Shown one piece after another: positions 44,229 to 53,359 of a DNA stretch of 64,000 nt (positions are counted from its first letter, which is position 1; every line of letters begins with the position of its first letter). Both the position numbers and the translations under genes were made by a program. The notes below the pieces were generated by a model. That model was not told where the DNA came from, made no database searches, and worked only from the letters and a program-made list of their open reading frames with translations. The DNA comes from a virus. The stretch lies in the IMG/VR virus record IMGVR_UViG_3300013125_000002. The stretch is one strand, 5' to 3'.

Positions 44229-44885
44229 TTACTTGTTGACCTTTTTGGGGGTCTTCTTGAGTGGCTTCTTGGCCGGAGCCATCAGAACCACAGGTGTCTT
44301 CTCAACTTGAGCAGGAGGGGGCTCTGGCAGCACTTCCTGGGGCTTCTGAGCCAGCTCAGGGGCTGGTTGTGGTAGTGGAGCCTCGGTAACAAGCTCTGGC
44401 TCTCTCAGAGCATCCTGGGCAGCCACAGACGCCTTGGCAGCAGCCATCAGGTCTTCAGTCAAGACATCTGTCTCAACCTTGACCTCTGGGGCCTCCTGAA
44501 GTGCAGCTCGAGGGTCTTCCAGGACTGTGATCAGACCTGGGTACTTGGTTTGCAGCCCAGCCAGGTCCTCATACACGCTCCCAAGCACCGGAATAGAAGC
44601 TACTCCTCCTGCGTCGAAGGCAAACACAGTGCGCCCACTGAGTAGACTTCGATTCTTCATCCAACGGTGCTGAAGCTTGAGCGTGGAGGTTGTTGCTGTA
44701 GCCTTAGGAGAACTTGTCATCTGTGCCTTCTGTAGCGCTTGAGTGATCTGAAGGATCGAAGCGGGTAGTTTCTTCCGTTTCTGACCCTGTGTCTCCTCAC
44801 TCGGTGGTTGAGGTTTTTGCGCACACGTAATGCTGCAGACGTTGGCCCCTGGTCGAGTTGGTTTGCCGCAAATAATGCAAGGCAT
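44229..44885 (-). CDS. Hypothetical protein with N-terminal CxxC...CxxxC zinc finger and Pro/Glu/Lys-rich tail
   Basis: MPCIICGK...CSITC, with a low-complexity C-terminus. Confidence 0.55.
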   Translation of the reverse strand: MPCIICGKPTRPGANVCSITCAQKPQPPSEETQGQKRKKLPASILQITQALQKAQMTSSPKATATTSTLKLQHRWMKNRSLLSGRTVFAFDAGGVASIPVLGSVYEDLAGLQTKYPGLITVLEDPRAALQEAPEVKVETDVLTEDLMAAAKASVAAQDALREPELVTEAPLPQPAPELAQKPQEVLPEPPPAQVEKTPVVLMAPAKKPLKKTPKKVNK

Positions 44886-44893
44886 GTCGTTCT

Positions 44894-44930
44894 AAAATGC
44901 CCCAGGAGACCACTACCGATCTCCTGGGGC
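44894..44930 (-). terminator. Rho-independent terminator after the major capsid gene
   Basis: GCCCCAGGAGA-N10-TCTCCTGGGGC followed by ATTTT on the minus strand. Confidence 0.75.
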
Positions 44931-44952
44931 GAGCTTACTTCTGGTTTGATGC

Positions 44953-46398
44953 CTACGACGGCATCTGACCGATGTTGATCATGCGGAGCCACTTCTTCGG
45001 CGCGAACATGATCGGGGTCCCGTAGAGCAGGATCATCCAGCGGTAGGCCGGAGCCAGAACCGCCAGGTCGAGCCGCATCATCGGGGCCAGCTGCCGGAAG
45101 GTGAGGACGTTCGGGGTCAGCTCACCCATGTAGGCGATGCTGGTGAACGACAGGAGGAAGTTCACGTCGTTCACCACGGTGTTGCCACCAGCCGCCTGCG
45201 AAGCTGCCGGAACCTGCATGATCAGGCTGTAGGAAGCTGCACCAGTCGGGACTGCCGCACCCGATGCCATGGGGGCTGTGCGGTAGATGCGGAAGAACTC
45301 GGTCGGGAAGGCACCGATAGCTGCCGCATTGGTCAGGGTGACTGCCACATGCACGCCAGCGTCCTTGTTGACCTGGGTGACATCCTGAACCGCCGCCATG
45401 ACCGGAGAGAAGGCCGACTCACCGAAGCGGTTGCAGGCTGTGCAGACGTAGGCGTAGGAGTTGGTGCCAGCAGCGGCGTTCTTGTTGAAGTCACCGTCCA
45501 CACCAGCCACACCAGTGGTGATCTGCTGCGGAACCGCCGGAGCGTTCGCATGTGTGGCTGCCGACGGTGGGCTCGGAAGCCGACGGATGAAGACATCCGG
45601 GTTGAACTCGATGGTCCCGGCTTGGGTTGCCATCGAGGTGACTGCCTGCCCGATGGTTCCATTGACAGGAGCCGGCAGGTTGATCCGCTCACGCGGATAC
45701 ATCGTCTTGACGAGATCACTCAGAACCCGGGTGCCCAGGAACAGATCCGTTGGGTAGCCGTAGTTCTCGATGATCATGTTCGAAGCTTCCTCGATGTCAG
45801 CTTCCTGCATCGGCTGACCCTCGAGATCGACGAACGAGGTGGCATCGACCAGGGCATCGAGACCATCCCACTGCTCACTCTCGCCGTCGAAAGCAAGCGA
45901 GCTGTCAGCAGTGAAGAGAGCGTTCTCGACACGCTCGAGAAGCCAGAGGATGCCGTTCTGGTTCTCGAGTGCGATCACATCCCAATGCGCCGGGTGAACC
46001 AGCGTGGCTGGATGGGTCACTTCCCTCGTGGTCCCGAGGAACTTCACGAGCTGCGTGCGTCTGGCGTAGTTGCTGTCTGTGCTGGGAGGAAGCTCTCCTT
46101 CCTGCGTGAACGCAAACGCGCCATTGGTGCCGTAGTCGATCAGCTGATTGTACTCCTCAACCGTCGAGTAGGCAGGGCTCTTCGGGATCTTCTTCCAGAA
46201 CTTGATGTGAGAGTTGGAGTACGTCACCACCTTGAGGCTGGCCTCGAGCGACTCCACACGGAGAGCGGAGCCACCCGTCTGGTTGGTCAGCTGATAGCCG
46301 GCCTCAAGAGCCTTCGACAACTCGGCCACATCCATGGCGGGTGCGGAACCGAAGCCGTTCAGCCCTTCGTAGTGACGCAGCGAAATCTGTCCGTACAT
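44953..46398 (-). CDS. Major capsid protein (SPO1/Twort-like)
   Basis: ELSKALEAGY...GGSALRVESLE...STVEEYNQ...QLAPMMRLDLA...LYGTP. AAGGAGG RBS and strongly biased codons. Confidence 0.93.
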   Translation of the reverse strand: MYGQISLRHYEGLNGFGSAPAMDVAELSKALEAGYQLTNQTGGSALRVESLEASLKVVTYSNSHIKFWKKIPKSPAYSTVEEYNQLIDYGTNGAFAFTQEGELPPSTDSNYARRTQLVKFLGTTREVTHPATLVHPAHWDVIALENQNGILWLLERVENALFTADSSLAFDGESEQWDGLDALVDATSFVDLEGQPMQEADIEEASNMIIENYGYPTDLFLGTRVLSDLVKTMYPRERINLPAPVNGTIGQAVTSMATQAGTIEFNPDVFIRRLPSPPSAATHANAPAVPQQITTGVAGVDGDFNKNAAAGTNSYAYVCTACNRFGESAFSPVMAAVQDVTQVNKDAGVHVAVTLTNAAAIGAFPTEFFRIYRTAPMASGAAVPTGAASYSLIMQVPAASQAAGGNTVVNDVNFLLSFTSIAYMGELTPNVLTFRQLAPMMRLDLAVLAPAYRWMILLYGTPIMFAPKKWLRMINIGQMPS

Positions 46399-46438
46399 GT
46401 GATCCTCCTTCGCTTTCTGCGTCTGGGTTGTTGGCGGC

Positions 46439-47437
46439 TTAGCCCGCCTGGAAGCTCTTCATCACGAGATCTTCGACCGCCGGTCCCATCTGGCCGGTCA
46501 TCTCGAACTTGATCACGTCAAGCGAGTTCAGCTTGCCCTTCTCGACGAGATCACCCATGCGGTCCAGAACCTGGGCCTTGGTGAGCTGCTGCTCGCCCTG
46601 GCTCTTGCTCAGAACCTGCAGGTTTGGGCGGCCTGGTGCCGGGGCCACACGCATCTGGGACTTGGGGGCGCCAGCCGGAGCTTGAGCGATCTGCTCCTGC
46701 TGCTGGATCGTCCCCTGGATGCCGTGACCGATGTTGACGATGGCATCAGCCAGGCTCTTGTTGAACTCGCCCTGGTTGCTGGCGAACTCAGTGAGGGCGC
46801 CAAGAACCCGGCTGGTCACGTGGTCCGTGACCTGCTTGGTCACACGAGCCTCGAGCCCCTGCAGACCAGCAGCGAAGGACTTCGCGAACTCCGACAGGAA
46901 CTCGCTGACCTCGATCCCCTTGCGCAGGGTCTCGTTGGCTGCGACTTCGGACTGGAGAGACTTCCCGAACATCTCGTCTTCGGGCTCGTCATCGTCCTTC
47001 TTGTCCTTGTCGTCCTTCTTCTTGTCGTCCTTCTTGTCCTTGTCGTCCTTCTTGTCCTTGTCGTCGTCCTTGCCACCAGCCATGAATGGCGGCAGCTCGT
47101 CCTGACCCTTCGAGACTTCGCTGTGCTCGAGATCGCTCTTCAGAAGTGCAACCTCTTGCGGGGTCAGCGGCTGGCCCTTCATGACCTTCTCGGCGATGGA
47201 CTTGCGGACCTTCTTGGCGCCACCGTTGTAGTCGGTTCCGCCACCAGTGATGCTGTCATCCCAGCTGTCACCGATCTGGTCCTTGGTGCTCCCTGCCCAG
47301 CTCGAGACCTCGCTGTTGGGACCGGTGCAGATCTGCGACTTGTTCATGTCCGTCTGCTCCCCGGTCTCACCCTTGGCGAGAGCCTCCAGTCGAGCCAGGG
47401 ACTTGAAGAAGTCGTGCTGCGTGATCTTGTCGGACAT
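46439..47437 (-). CDS. Capsid scaffolding protein
   Basis: Lies between protease and capsid. Charged and helical, with a DDKDKK repeat and ~15 hydrophobic-x-K[S/A/G] sites. Start placed at ATG 47437 (GGGAG RBS). Confidence 0.75.
   Translation of the reverse strand: MSDKITQHDFFKSLARLEALAKGETGEQTDMNKSQICTGPNSEVSSWAGSTKDQIGDSWDDSITGGGTDYNGGAKKVRKSIAEKVMKGQPLTPQEVALLKSDLEHSEVSKGQDELPPFMAGGKDDDKDKKDDKDKKDDKKKDDKDKKDDDEPEDEMFGKSLQSEVAANETLRKGIEVSEFLSEFAKSFAAGLQGLEARVTKQVTDHVTSRVLGALTEFASNQGEFNKSLADAIVNIGHGIQGTIQQQEQIAQAPAGAPKSQMRVAPAPGRPNLQVLSKSQGEQQLTKAQVLDRMGDLVEKGKLNSLDVIKFEMTGQMGPAVEDLVMKSFQAG
46988..47072 (-). repeat. Imperfect 18-bp tandem repeat encoding DDKDKK in the scaffold
   Basis: gtccttcttgtccttgtc units on the plus strand. 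Confidence 0.8.
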
Positions 47438-47453
47438 CTTCTTGTCTCCCTTG

Positions 47454-48332
47454 CTAGTTCCGGTTGATCTCAAAGACCGCTTCAGTCAGGACGATGGACT
47501 CGGTTCTTGAAAGTCCACGTTCCCTGTGAAGCAGATCCACACACTCATCGAATGAGAGTGACTTGTTTGCCCACTTCTGATCTCTGACCTTGGAGTCAAG
47601 ACTTTCAGGAACCAACGCCGCACCACTGGAAGTCGTAAACGCCTTCTGCTCATCCTCAGTCTTGTTCAGATCGAGATCACCCTCGTTCGAGGGAGCCTCT
47701 ACGATGCCCTTCTTGCAGGCGCCACAAGGCTTCTTGCAAACGCAAGCGACCGACTTTCCAAGTGCAGTCTCCGGCATGATCAATCCGGATTGATCATGTA
47801 CACACCACATATCAGCTGGAACTGCGTTCAGAGACTTCACAACGTCCAGCCATGTGTGGGTGTTGATCGGTGCAGCAGTGATCGCGATATCCTGAATCCA
47901 GCACTTCAGGATGCGACGACCCGCCCGACGGATGACCTTGCCTTGGATAGAGAAACCGAGCTTGCGAGTAGAGCCTGAGGCAGCGAGAGCGTTGGCCAAC
48001 TCCCAGATCGCATCAGCGACCTTGTGGGTGCCAGGCTCCCAAAGAAAGCCCTTGGTCCAAAGACCTTCTTTGGTGATCCTTGCTTCAGTTGGCTGACCGA
48101 CTTTGTTCTCAAAACCGGGCTTGTGGTCGTTATTGTAGTACCCGTACTGCAGAAAGTACTCAGTATCGATCCCACGTTGCTCAACGATCTCAGTCTGAAG
48201 ATCTTCATCCTCGGTGGAGGAGATGCCCTGAACCCACCGAGTGTGGCCGAGAGTCTTCTTGGCTGTGTCGCTCTTGTTGATATCGAGCGGTAGCCAGAAG
48301 TCAAACTCGTTACTTTTGATGAGATCAATCAT
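47454..48332 (-). CDS. Prohead (maturation) protease
   Basis: GISSTEDEDLQTE...GYYNNDH...LGFSIQGKV...AITAAPINTHT are HK97-type/SPO1-like protease motifs. Confidence 0.88.
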   Translation of the reverse strand: MIDLIKSNEFDFWLPLDINKSDTAKKTLGHTRWVQGISSTEDEDLQTEIVEQRGIDTEYFLQYGYYNNDHKPGFENKVGQPTEARITKEGLWTKGFLWEPGTHKVADAIWELANALAASGSTRKLGFSIQGKVIRRAGRRILKCWIQDIAITAAPINTHTWLDVVKSLNAVPADMWCVHDQSGLIMPETALGKSVACVCKKPCGACKKGIVEAPSNEGDLDLNKTEDEQKAFTTSSGAALVPESLDSKVRDQKWANKSLSFDECVDLLHRERGLSRTESIVLTEAVFEINRN

Positions 48333-48426
48333 GCCCAGATACGCAAAGAGGGAGATCGGGCGGTAAAGCCCGTCTCCCTCTCTGGAGACCCTTTCGCTTT
48401 TCAGTCGATCCTATGCTCGACTGTCG

Positions 48427-48455
48427 AACCTACTGGTTCTAGAAATAGCTGTCAA
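48427..48455 (-). promoter_or_regulatory. Sigma70-type promoter TTGACA-17-TAGGTT with spacer motif TTCTAGAACCAG
   Basis: Consensus -35, intergenic, upstream of the protease-scaffold-capsid genes. Confidence 0.75.
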
Positions 48456-48475
48456 GGATCTTCGTGGGATACGAT

Positions 48476-48715
48476 CTAGCGGCGAGGTAAGTTGCTGACT
48501 TTGCGGACAAATAGACTAGGATTTGAAGCGAAAGACTTCATAAGGTCTTGGTCTAAGACGATAGGAATGGGGTGCTCTTTGCCGCAGCCTTTGCAGATCG
48601 CATAGGCTCGTTGACCTCGAAACACAATGGTCTTGTTTCGAATCTTGGTTGTATCGCCTTGGGACTTCATGATGACTTCACCACAACTACAAGCGTAGAA
48701 GTGCTCTATCATCAC
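48476..48715 (-). CDS. Small zinc-ribbon protein
   Basis: CSCG...CKGCG, directly upstream of the protease promoter. Confidence 0.6.
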   Translation of the reverse strand: MMIEHFYACSCGEVIMKSQGDTTKIRNKTIVFRGQRAYAICKGCGKEHPIPIVLDQDLMKSFASNPSLFVRKVSNLPRR

Positions 48716-49008
48716 AGTTTTCCATAACGGCGCTGAGCCTGCTCTGTCTGGGCTGTGTACTTGATCCTCTTCAGTTTCTCTATCTCAGCAGCGTCTGGTA
48801 CTGGCTTCTCCATCTCTGCTTCGATCTTGAGATCGCATATCTCCACGATGTCCTCAAGATTCTGACAGAGCTTGGCATGATGAAGTTGTGTCCCAGCAGC
48901 GGCTTTCGTCATGTCCTTTGATGGTGGAGGGAACTTACCTGTCTCCTCTGCATCCTTATGCTCATTGGCACGATCAATGTCATCCTCAGTGAAGAATCGC
49001 CCAGGCAT
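48712..49008 (-). CDS. Small hypothetical protein (candidate internal head protein)
   Basis: 98 aa with an AGGAG RBS. Contains DMTKA. Confidence 0.55.
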   Translation of the reverse strand: MPGRFFTEDDIDRANEHKDAEETGKFPPPSKDMTKAAAGTQLHHAKLCQNLEDIVEICDLKIEAEMEKPVPDAAEIEKLKRIKYTAQTEQAQRRYGKL

Positions 49009-49018
49009 GAATCTACTC

Positions 49019-52000
49019 CTATGCCGTCACGAAGAGCCCCAAGCTCTTACGAACAGGCTTCTGAGGTGCAGAGGCCGCCTTCTCTTTGGCCTCACGAATC
49101 GCATGGAGCACTTCCTTGCGCTTCTCAGGCATCATCTGAGGCTTTGTCACCATGCCCGGAGAGGTTGCTCGGATGAAATCCATCTGCCGGTGCAGATTGT
49201 CCCAATGAGCGTGTTCAAAGGGACTGTCTGTGTGGCGATAGGTGTAGATGTCAAGTTGATCACCCAACTTCGGGTCACGAGCTGCCCGACCGTGAGCCTG
49301 GAGAAGAGTCGCTGCGTCATCTGGAGCACCAACAACGTGGAGTGTGTCAGCCTCCTGAAGGTTGTGCCCAGCTGCAGTATCCTTGTCGATGATCACAACA
49401 GGAATCTTGTACTCACCCTTGACGTACTTACCGGTCTTGTCATCGATCCTGTCTGAGTCTTCTTTCCACATCTTCTTCCGAGCATCGACAACTGTCCCCT
49501 TGAGCTGACCTCCATCCTTGATGTCCTTGGTCAGTAGCTCAGGGTTCTTCGCATCTCGCAGTGAGGTTGCCATACTGACATTGGCAATTCCCGCCTGATC
49601 AAGTGCATGTTGTACAGCTGCTGCCTGCTGGGGAGAGCTGACCACTACAATGTGCTTTCGCTTCTTGCCAGAGATCTTCTCACGCTTCTCTGTCTTCCCC
49701 TCATGCCGAATGCGAACTCCACCCTGGATCTCAGCCTTGAGGTTATGGACCAAAGACTGAATCTTGGGGTTGTCATCAGGATCAGCAGCATCGACATTGA
49801 GCCGATGAAGATTGGCAATCTCATTCTCAGCGTTCTGTCTTGCCCTCTTCATCTGTTCTCTACGACCGGCGGGATCATCTGCACTGATCTTGGCATACTT
49901 GATTCTTCTGCCATCCTCGGTCGTGAGAATGCCACCCTTCTGGGCCTTGTCCTGATGCTTCTTGTAGACAGCAGCCTGCTGAGCTTCGATCTGCTTCTGA
50001 GACACTCTTTGGATATCAGAACGGCGTACATGCACATCGTGATGATTGATCTTGAAGGAGACCTTCTTGACATCGTCACCACTCACATATGGACCGATCT
50101 GGTCCATGATGTCTCTGGCAAGAAGGTCACGCTGAGCGCTCGTGCTACCACCCTCGAGCTGCTTGAACATCTCGTAGGGGATGAATGGCCGAGGCTGGGC
50201 ACTCTTCTTCCCGACCTGGCGGCCTGCCTCCTTCTCATAGACTGGACGCATTCTCCCAGTTGGCTCTTTGGTCTTAGGGTTCACTGTCTCCTTGTAGATC
50301 GGAGCACCCTTCTCATCTACGGCAGGACGCTGCGCTGACCAGCGCACAAGATCATAGGCTTCACGAAGATTCTCACGAGCCGGAGTCGCTGTGAGGGCCA
50401 CTTTGTGCGTGGAAGGAATGCTGAAGATGCGCTTACCGATGTTCATTCGGTTGCGCCCACGCAGACCCAATAGCATCTGCGGTTCATCCACAACGATCCC
50501 ATTCGGTGGGCGACCAGAACCACCCATCTGGCGCTCGAGATACTCATTGTTCTCTGCTGCCGACTGGTGGTTCATGACAAAGATGGCGTGCTTGAGATGC
50601 TTCGTCTGCTTGAGCAGACTGTCGATTTGCCCCTTTGAGTAATGCTCCGGGACCTCGACGATATAGGCTCGACCTTCACCCTGCTTGGGGAGCTTGGGGT
50701 CGACAAACTTCCCTGTTGGCTCTTTGTTCTTGTCGAGGACTGGCTTCCAGTGAACGATGCTGATCTTCTCAGGATCGAAGAACTTTGCAGCCTCCTGGAC
50801 CCACTCACTGACCTTTGCTGGTGGAACGATCACCACCCCACGATAACCAGCGTTGGGACCCTTCATGTCTTGGTCGACTCGAGCCCCAAGATAGCCCAAC
50901 CCCGTCAGTGTCTTGCCAGCAGCAGTTGATCTGGTGATGACTCCACCACCACTTTGCATCAGCCAACGAATATCTGTCGCTTGGTTGCCACGTAGCTTCT
51001 CCCCAGACTTGAGCTGAGGCAGAATCTCCTGAGCAGTCCCAAGTCCACCTTTGGACAAGGGCTTGTCAATCCAGTCATTGGTCTTTTCGTTGATCTGAGA
51101 AGTGTCGTCCTTGATCGCGTTCAGCTTGGATGCCTTCTGCGCATCCTGTACCCACCGCTCAAGGTGAGGCACAAGTCTCTCACCACGGAATCGAATCGTT
51201 GCTCCCTCAGGCCCCGTCTCGACTGCGACCTCTTCACGTGACTTGATGCCCAAGCTCTTCAGCTTCTCGCGAACCAGCTTCTCTTGTTCACCCTCAGACA
51301 AGCCCTCTCCACCCACATGCATGGATAGGTCTCGGAGATCCTCATTGGCCTCACGACCTCGACGAACAGACTTCAGAGAGTAGAGGAACCCAGCAGCTGT
51401 CTGGAGACCACCAATCGTCTCTCCGACTAGCTTCTCCTGCTCATCCAGATAGCGGTTGTCCATCTGAAGAGCTGCCATTCGATCCCGAAGACCTTCGGTG
51501 TCGATCTTCTGGACATTCCTGGTGCTGAGTCCTGCTTTCTTCAGACGCTCGATCAACTCATCGTTGACAGCGATATCCCCCGAAGCCATCTGCTCACGCA
51601 AGACCTTCTGCGCATCTTCGATCTCGCCAAGCCTCTGAAGCGCACGCTCCTCAGCTGCATGTTGATTCACGCGATTCCACATCGTGATGTCGTGAACCAT
51701 CTGATCATAATGCTCGAGCGTGAACTTCTCTCGCTTGCCTGTCTTTGGGTTAGAGATGGTTGTAGTACCCTTCTCTGCTAGATCGTGAAGGTACGAAGCC
51801 ATGGCATAAGAGGCCAACTCTGGCCCAAGACTGTCGGTTAGCTTCTTCAGATCTGGGACACCCAGACCTGGAGCAAAACCAGACACAAACCCTGTGAGAG
51901 TGCTTGTGGCACCGTCATTCATGTAGCCCTTGACATTGCCGCCCGTCTCGTCTTTCCAGTGGGAAGCAAGAGCTTTGTAAAGGTTGGTCTCCCTGGGCAT

Positions 52001-53359
52001 CGACGCTGCTGTCTCTCGAATGTTGGATGCAGCAGCATAGATATCCTTCTCATCGATTCCCATGTCGAGAAGGTCCTGGTGATCAACAAGCACTGCGTGA
52101 AGACGCATCTCTTCTACGTCAGGATCCATGCCCTCTGGTTGTCTGGACGCATAGACCGCCTTCCGCTTCACATCTTCGATCTTCCTATCATAGGCATCGG
52201 TCTGTTTGAGTGTCTGAACCAGACTCTCAGCAGTCTTTTGCGCTGCTAGGATTTCTTTCTGATCCTTGATAGGAAGCTTAGGCTCCGAGGGGCGAATGGA
52301 AAGGTCCACAGCACCTGGCCCTGATAAGGCTTCACCACCACGCATCTGAGCCTCATGGATCTTGTCATCCATGATGTCGTGCATTGCGACCTGAACTTCC
52401 TGAGGGGTCTCAGCGTCAGCAAGCTTGTTGATATCCTCCCCCGAGAGGTTCATGTCGAGGTGCATCTCAGACGTGAAGTCTTTGACGTTGAGCTTGGGCT
52501 CTTTGCCCTGTTCAACTTGCTTCTTGGCGTCCTGCAGAGCCTCGATGGTCTTTCCCAGTACCTCTGATGCACGATCTCTCTTCTCTGACTTCATACGAGA
52601 AATGGCAAGATCGACTGCACCATCGATCTTCTTTTCATCCAGACCTGCTTGTCGAAGCTGTGTTGCGAGATGCTCCTTCACTCCCTCGAGCTGTTGGCCG
52701 AACAATGAAGCCGCATCTTTTCGGATACCCACGGCACCAAGCACATTGTCCTTCAGCCTCTTGGCTTGGCGCATCAGCTTTTTCTTGAGAGGAGCAGCCT
52801 CATCATGGATCTTCTTGATGTGTTCCTTGACCTTTGATTGCTTCTGAGTCGCCTCCATTTCCTCTGGAGTCGGAGGGGCCTTGGACTGCCGATCACCCAT
52901 CTTGGAAGCGAAGTGAAGATACTCTGCCCCCTTCCCACCAGTGACTCGTTCTTTGCCTGTCTCTGGATCAGTCTCTTTTTGTGGAGGCACTACACCAGCC
53001 CCACCCACAATAGCAGCCTTGTTGTCCGGTAGCCTGGCTACAAGAACGTGTCGATGAGACAGAGGTCCAGACTGAGGGGTACACCAGAAGGTACTCCCCA
53101 CTGGAACACTACTGATGACAATCTTGCCCTGCCCGTCCAGCTCAGGTCGGACTGGGGCTCCGTACCTGGCTCTGATCTTCGCGAAGTGGGCCTTCTCCTG
53201 GTGGCTGTACTGCTTCGCCTTCAGAAGGGGCTCCTCCGTTGGCAGCAGCTTCCTGCTCTTCTGAATCTCCTGCAGGCTCTTCCCAAGCAGATTGAGGAGT
53301 CGATTCGTCTGCGGGTCCACTACGATCAGTGGAATCAAGCTCGTCCTCTGCGTCAACAT
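49019..53359 (-). CDS. Large SNF2-like superfamily 2 helicase/ATPase protein (candidate injected protein)
   Basis: Motif I STAAGKT, II VVDEPQ, III LTATP..EN, V/VI AAGHNLQ...QAHGRAAR. Start placed at ATG 53359 (GAGGAG RBS). Confidence 0.75.
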   Translation of the reverse strand: MLTQRTSLIPLIVVDPQTNRLLNLLGKSLQEIQKSRKLLPTEEPLLKAKQYSHQEKAHFAKIRARYGAPVRPELDGQGKIVISSVPVGSTFWCTPQSGPLSHRHVLVARLPDNKAAIVGGAGVVPPQKETDPETGKERVTGGKGAEYLHFASKMGDRQSKAPPTPEEMEATQKQSKVKEHIKKIHDEAAPLKKKLMRQAKRLKDNVLGAVGIRKDAASLFGQQLEGVKEHLATQLRQAGLDEKKIDGAVDLAISRMKSEKRDRASEVLGKTIEALQDAKKQVEQGKEPKLNVKDFTSEMHLDMNLSGEDINKLADAETPQEVQVAMHDIMDDKIHEAQMRGGEALSGPGAVDLSIRPSEPKLPIKDQKEILAAQKTAESLVQTLKQTDAYDRKIEDVKRKAVYASRQPEGMDPDVEEMRLHAVLVDHQDLLDMGIDEKDIYAAASNIRETAASMPRETNLYKALASHWKDETGGNVKGYMNDGATSTLTGFVSGFAPGLGVPDLKKLTDSLGPELASYAMASYLHDLAEKGTTTISNPKTGKREKFTLEHYDQMVHDITMWNRVNQHAAEERALQRLGEIEDAQKVLREQMASGDIAVNDELIERLKKAGLSTRNVQKIDTEGLRDRMAALQMDNRYLDEQEKLVGETIGGLQTAAGFLYSLKSVRRGREANEDLRDLSMHVGGEGLSEGEQEKLVREKLKSLGIKSREEVAVETGPEGATIRFRGERLVPHLERWVQDAQKASKLNAIKDDTSQINEKTNDWIDKPLSKGGLGTAQEILPQLKSGEKLRGNQATDIRWLMQSGGGVITRSTAAGKTLTGLGYLGARVDQDMKGPNAGYRGVVIVPPAKVSEWVQEAAKFFDPEKISIVHWKPVLDKNKEPTGKFVDPKLPKQGEGRAYIVEVPEHYSKGQIDSLLKQTKHLKHAIFVMNHQSAAENNEYLERQMGGSGRPPNGIVVDEPQMLLGLRGRNRMNIGKRIFSIPSTHKVALTATPARENLREAYDLVRWSAQRPAVDEKGAPIYKETVNPKTKEPTGRMRPVYEKEAGRQVGKKSAQPRPFIPYEMFKQLEGGSTSAQRDLLARDIMDQIGPYVSGDDVKKVSFKINHHDVHVRRSDIQRVSQKQIEAQQAAVYKKHQDKAQKGGILTTEDGRRIKYAKISADDPAGRREQMKRARQNAENEIANLHRLNVDAADPDDNPKIQSLVHNLKAEIQGGVRIRHEGKTEKREKISGKKRKHIVVVSSPQQAAAVQHALDQAGIANVSMATSLRDAKNPELLTKDIKDGGQLKGTVVDARKKMWKEDSDRIDDKTGKYVKGEYKIPVVIIDKDTAAGHNLQEADTLHVVGAPDDAATLLQAHGRAARDPKLGDQLDIYTYRHTDSPFEHAHWDNLHRQMDFIRATSPGMVTKPQMMPEKRKEVLHAIREAKEKAASAPQKPVRKSLGLFVTA

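Noticed and set aside
25550-47467. Long plus-strand ORFs (e.g. 25550-26665, 39030-40268, 45349-46512, 46682-47467)
   Set aside because: They are antisense shadows of strongly codon-biased minus-strand genes, with no motifs or RBS.
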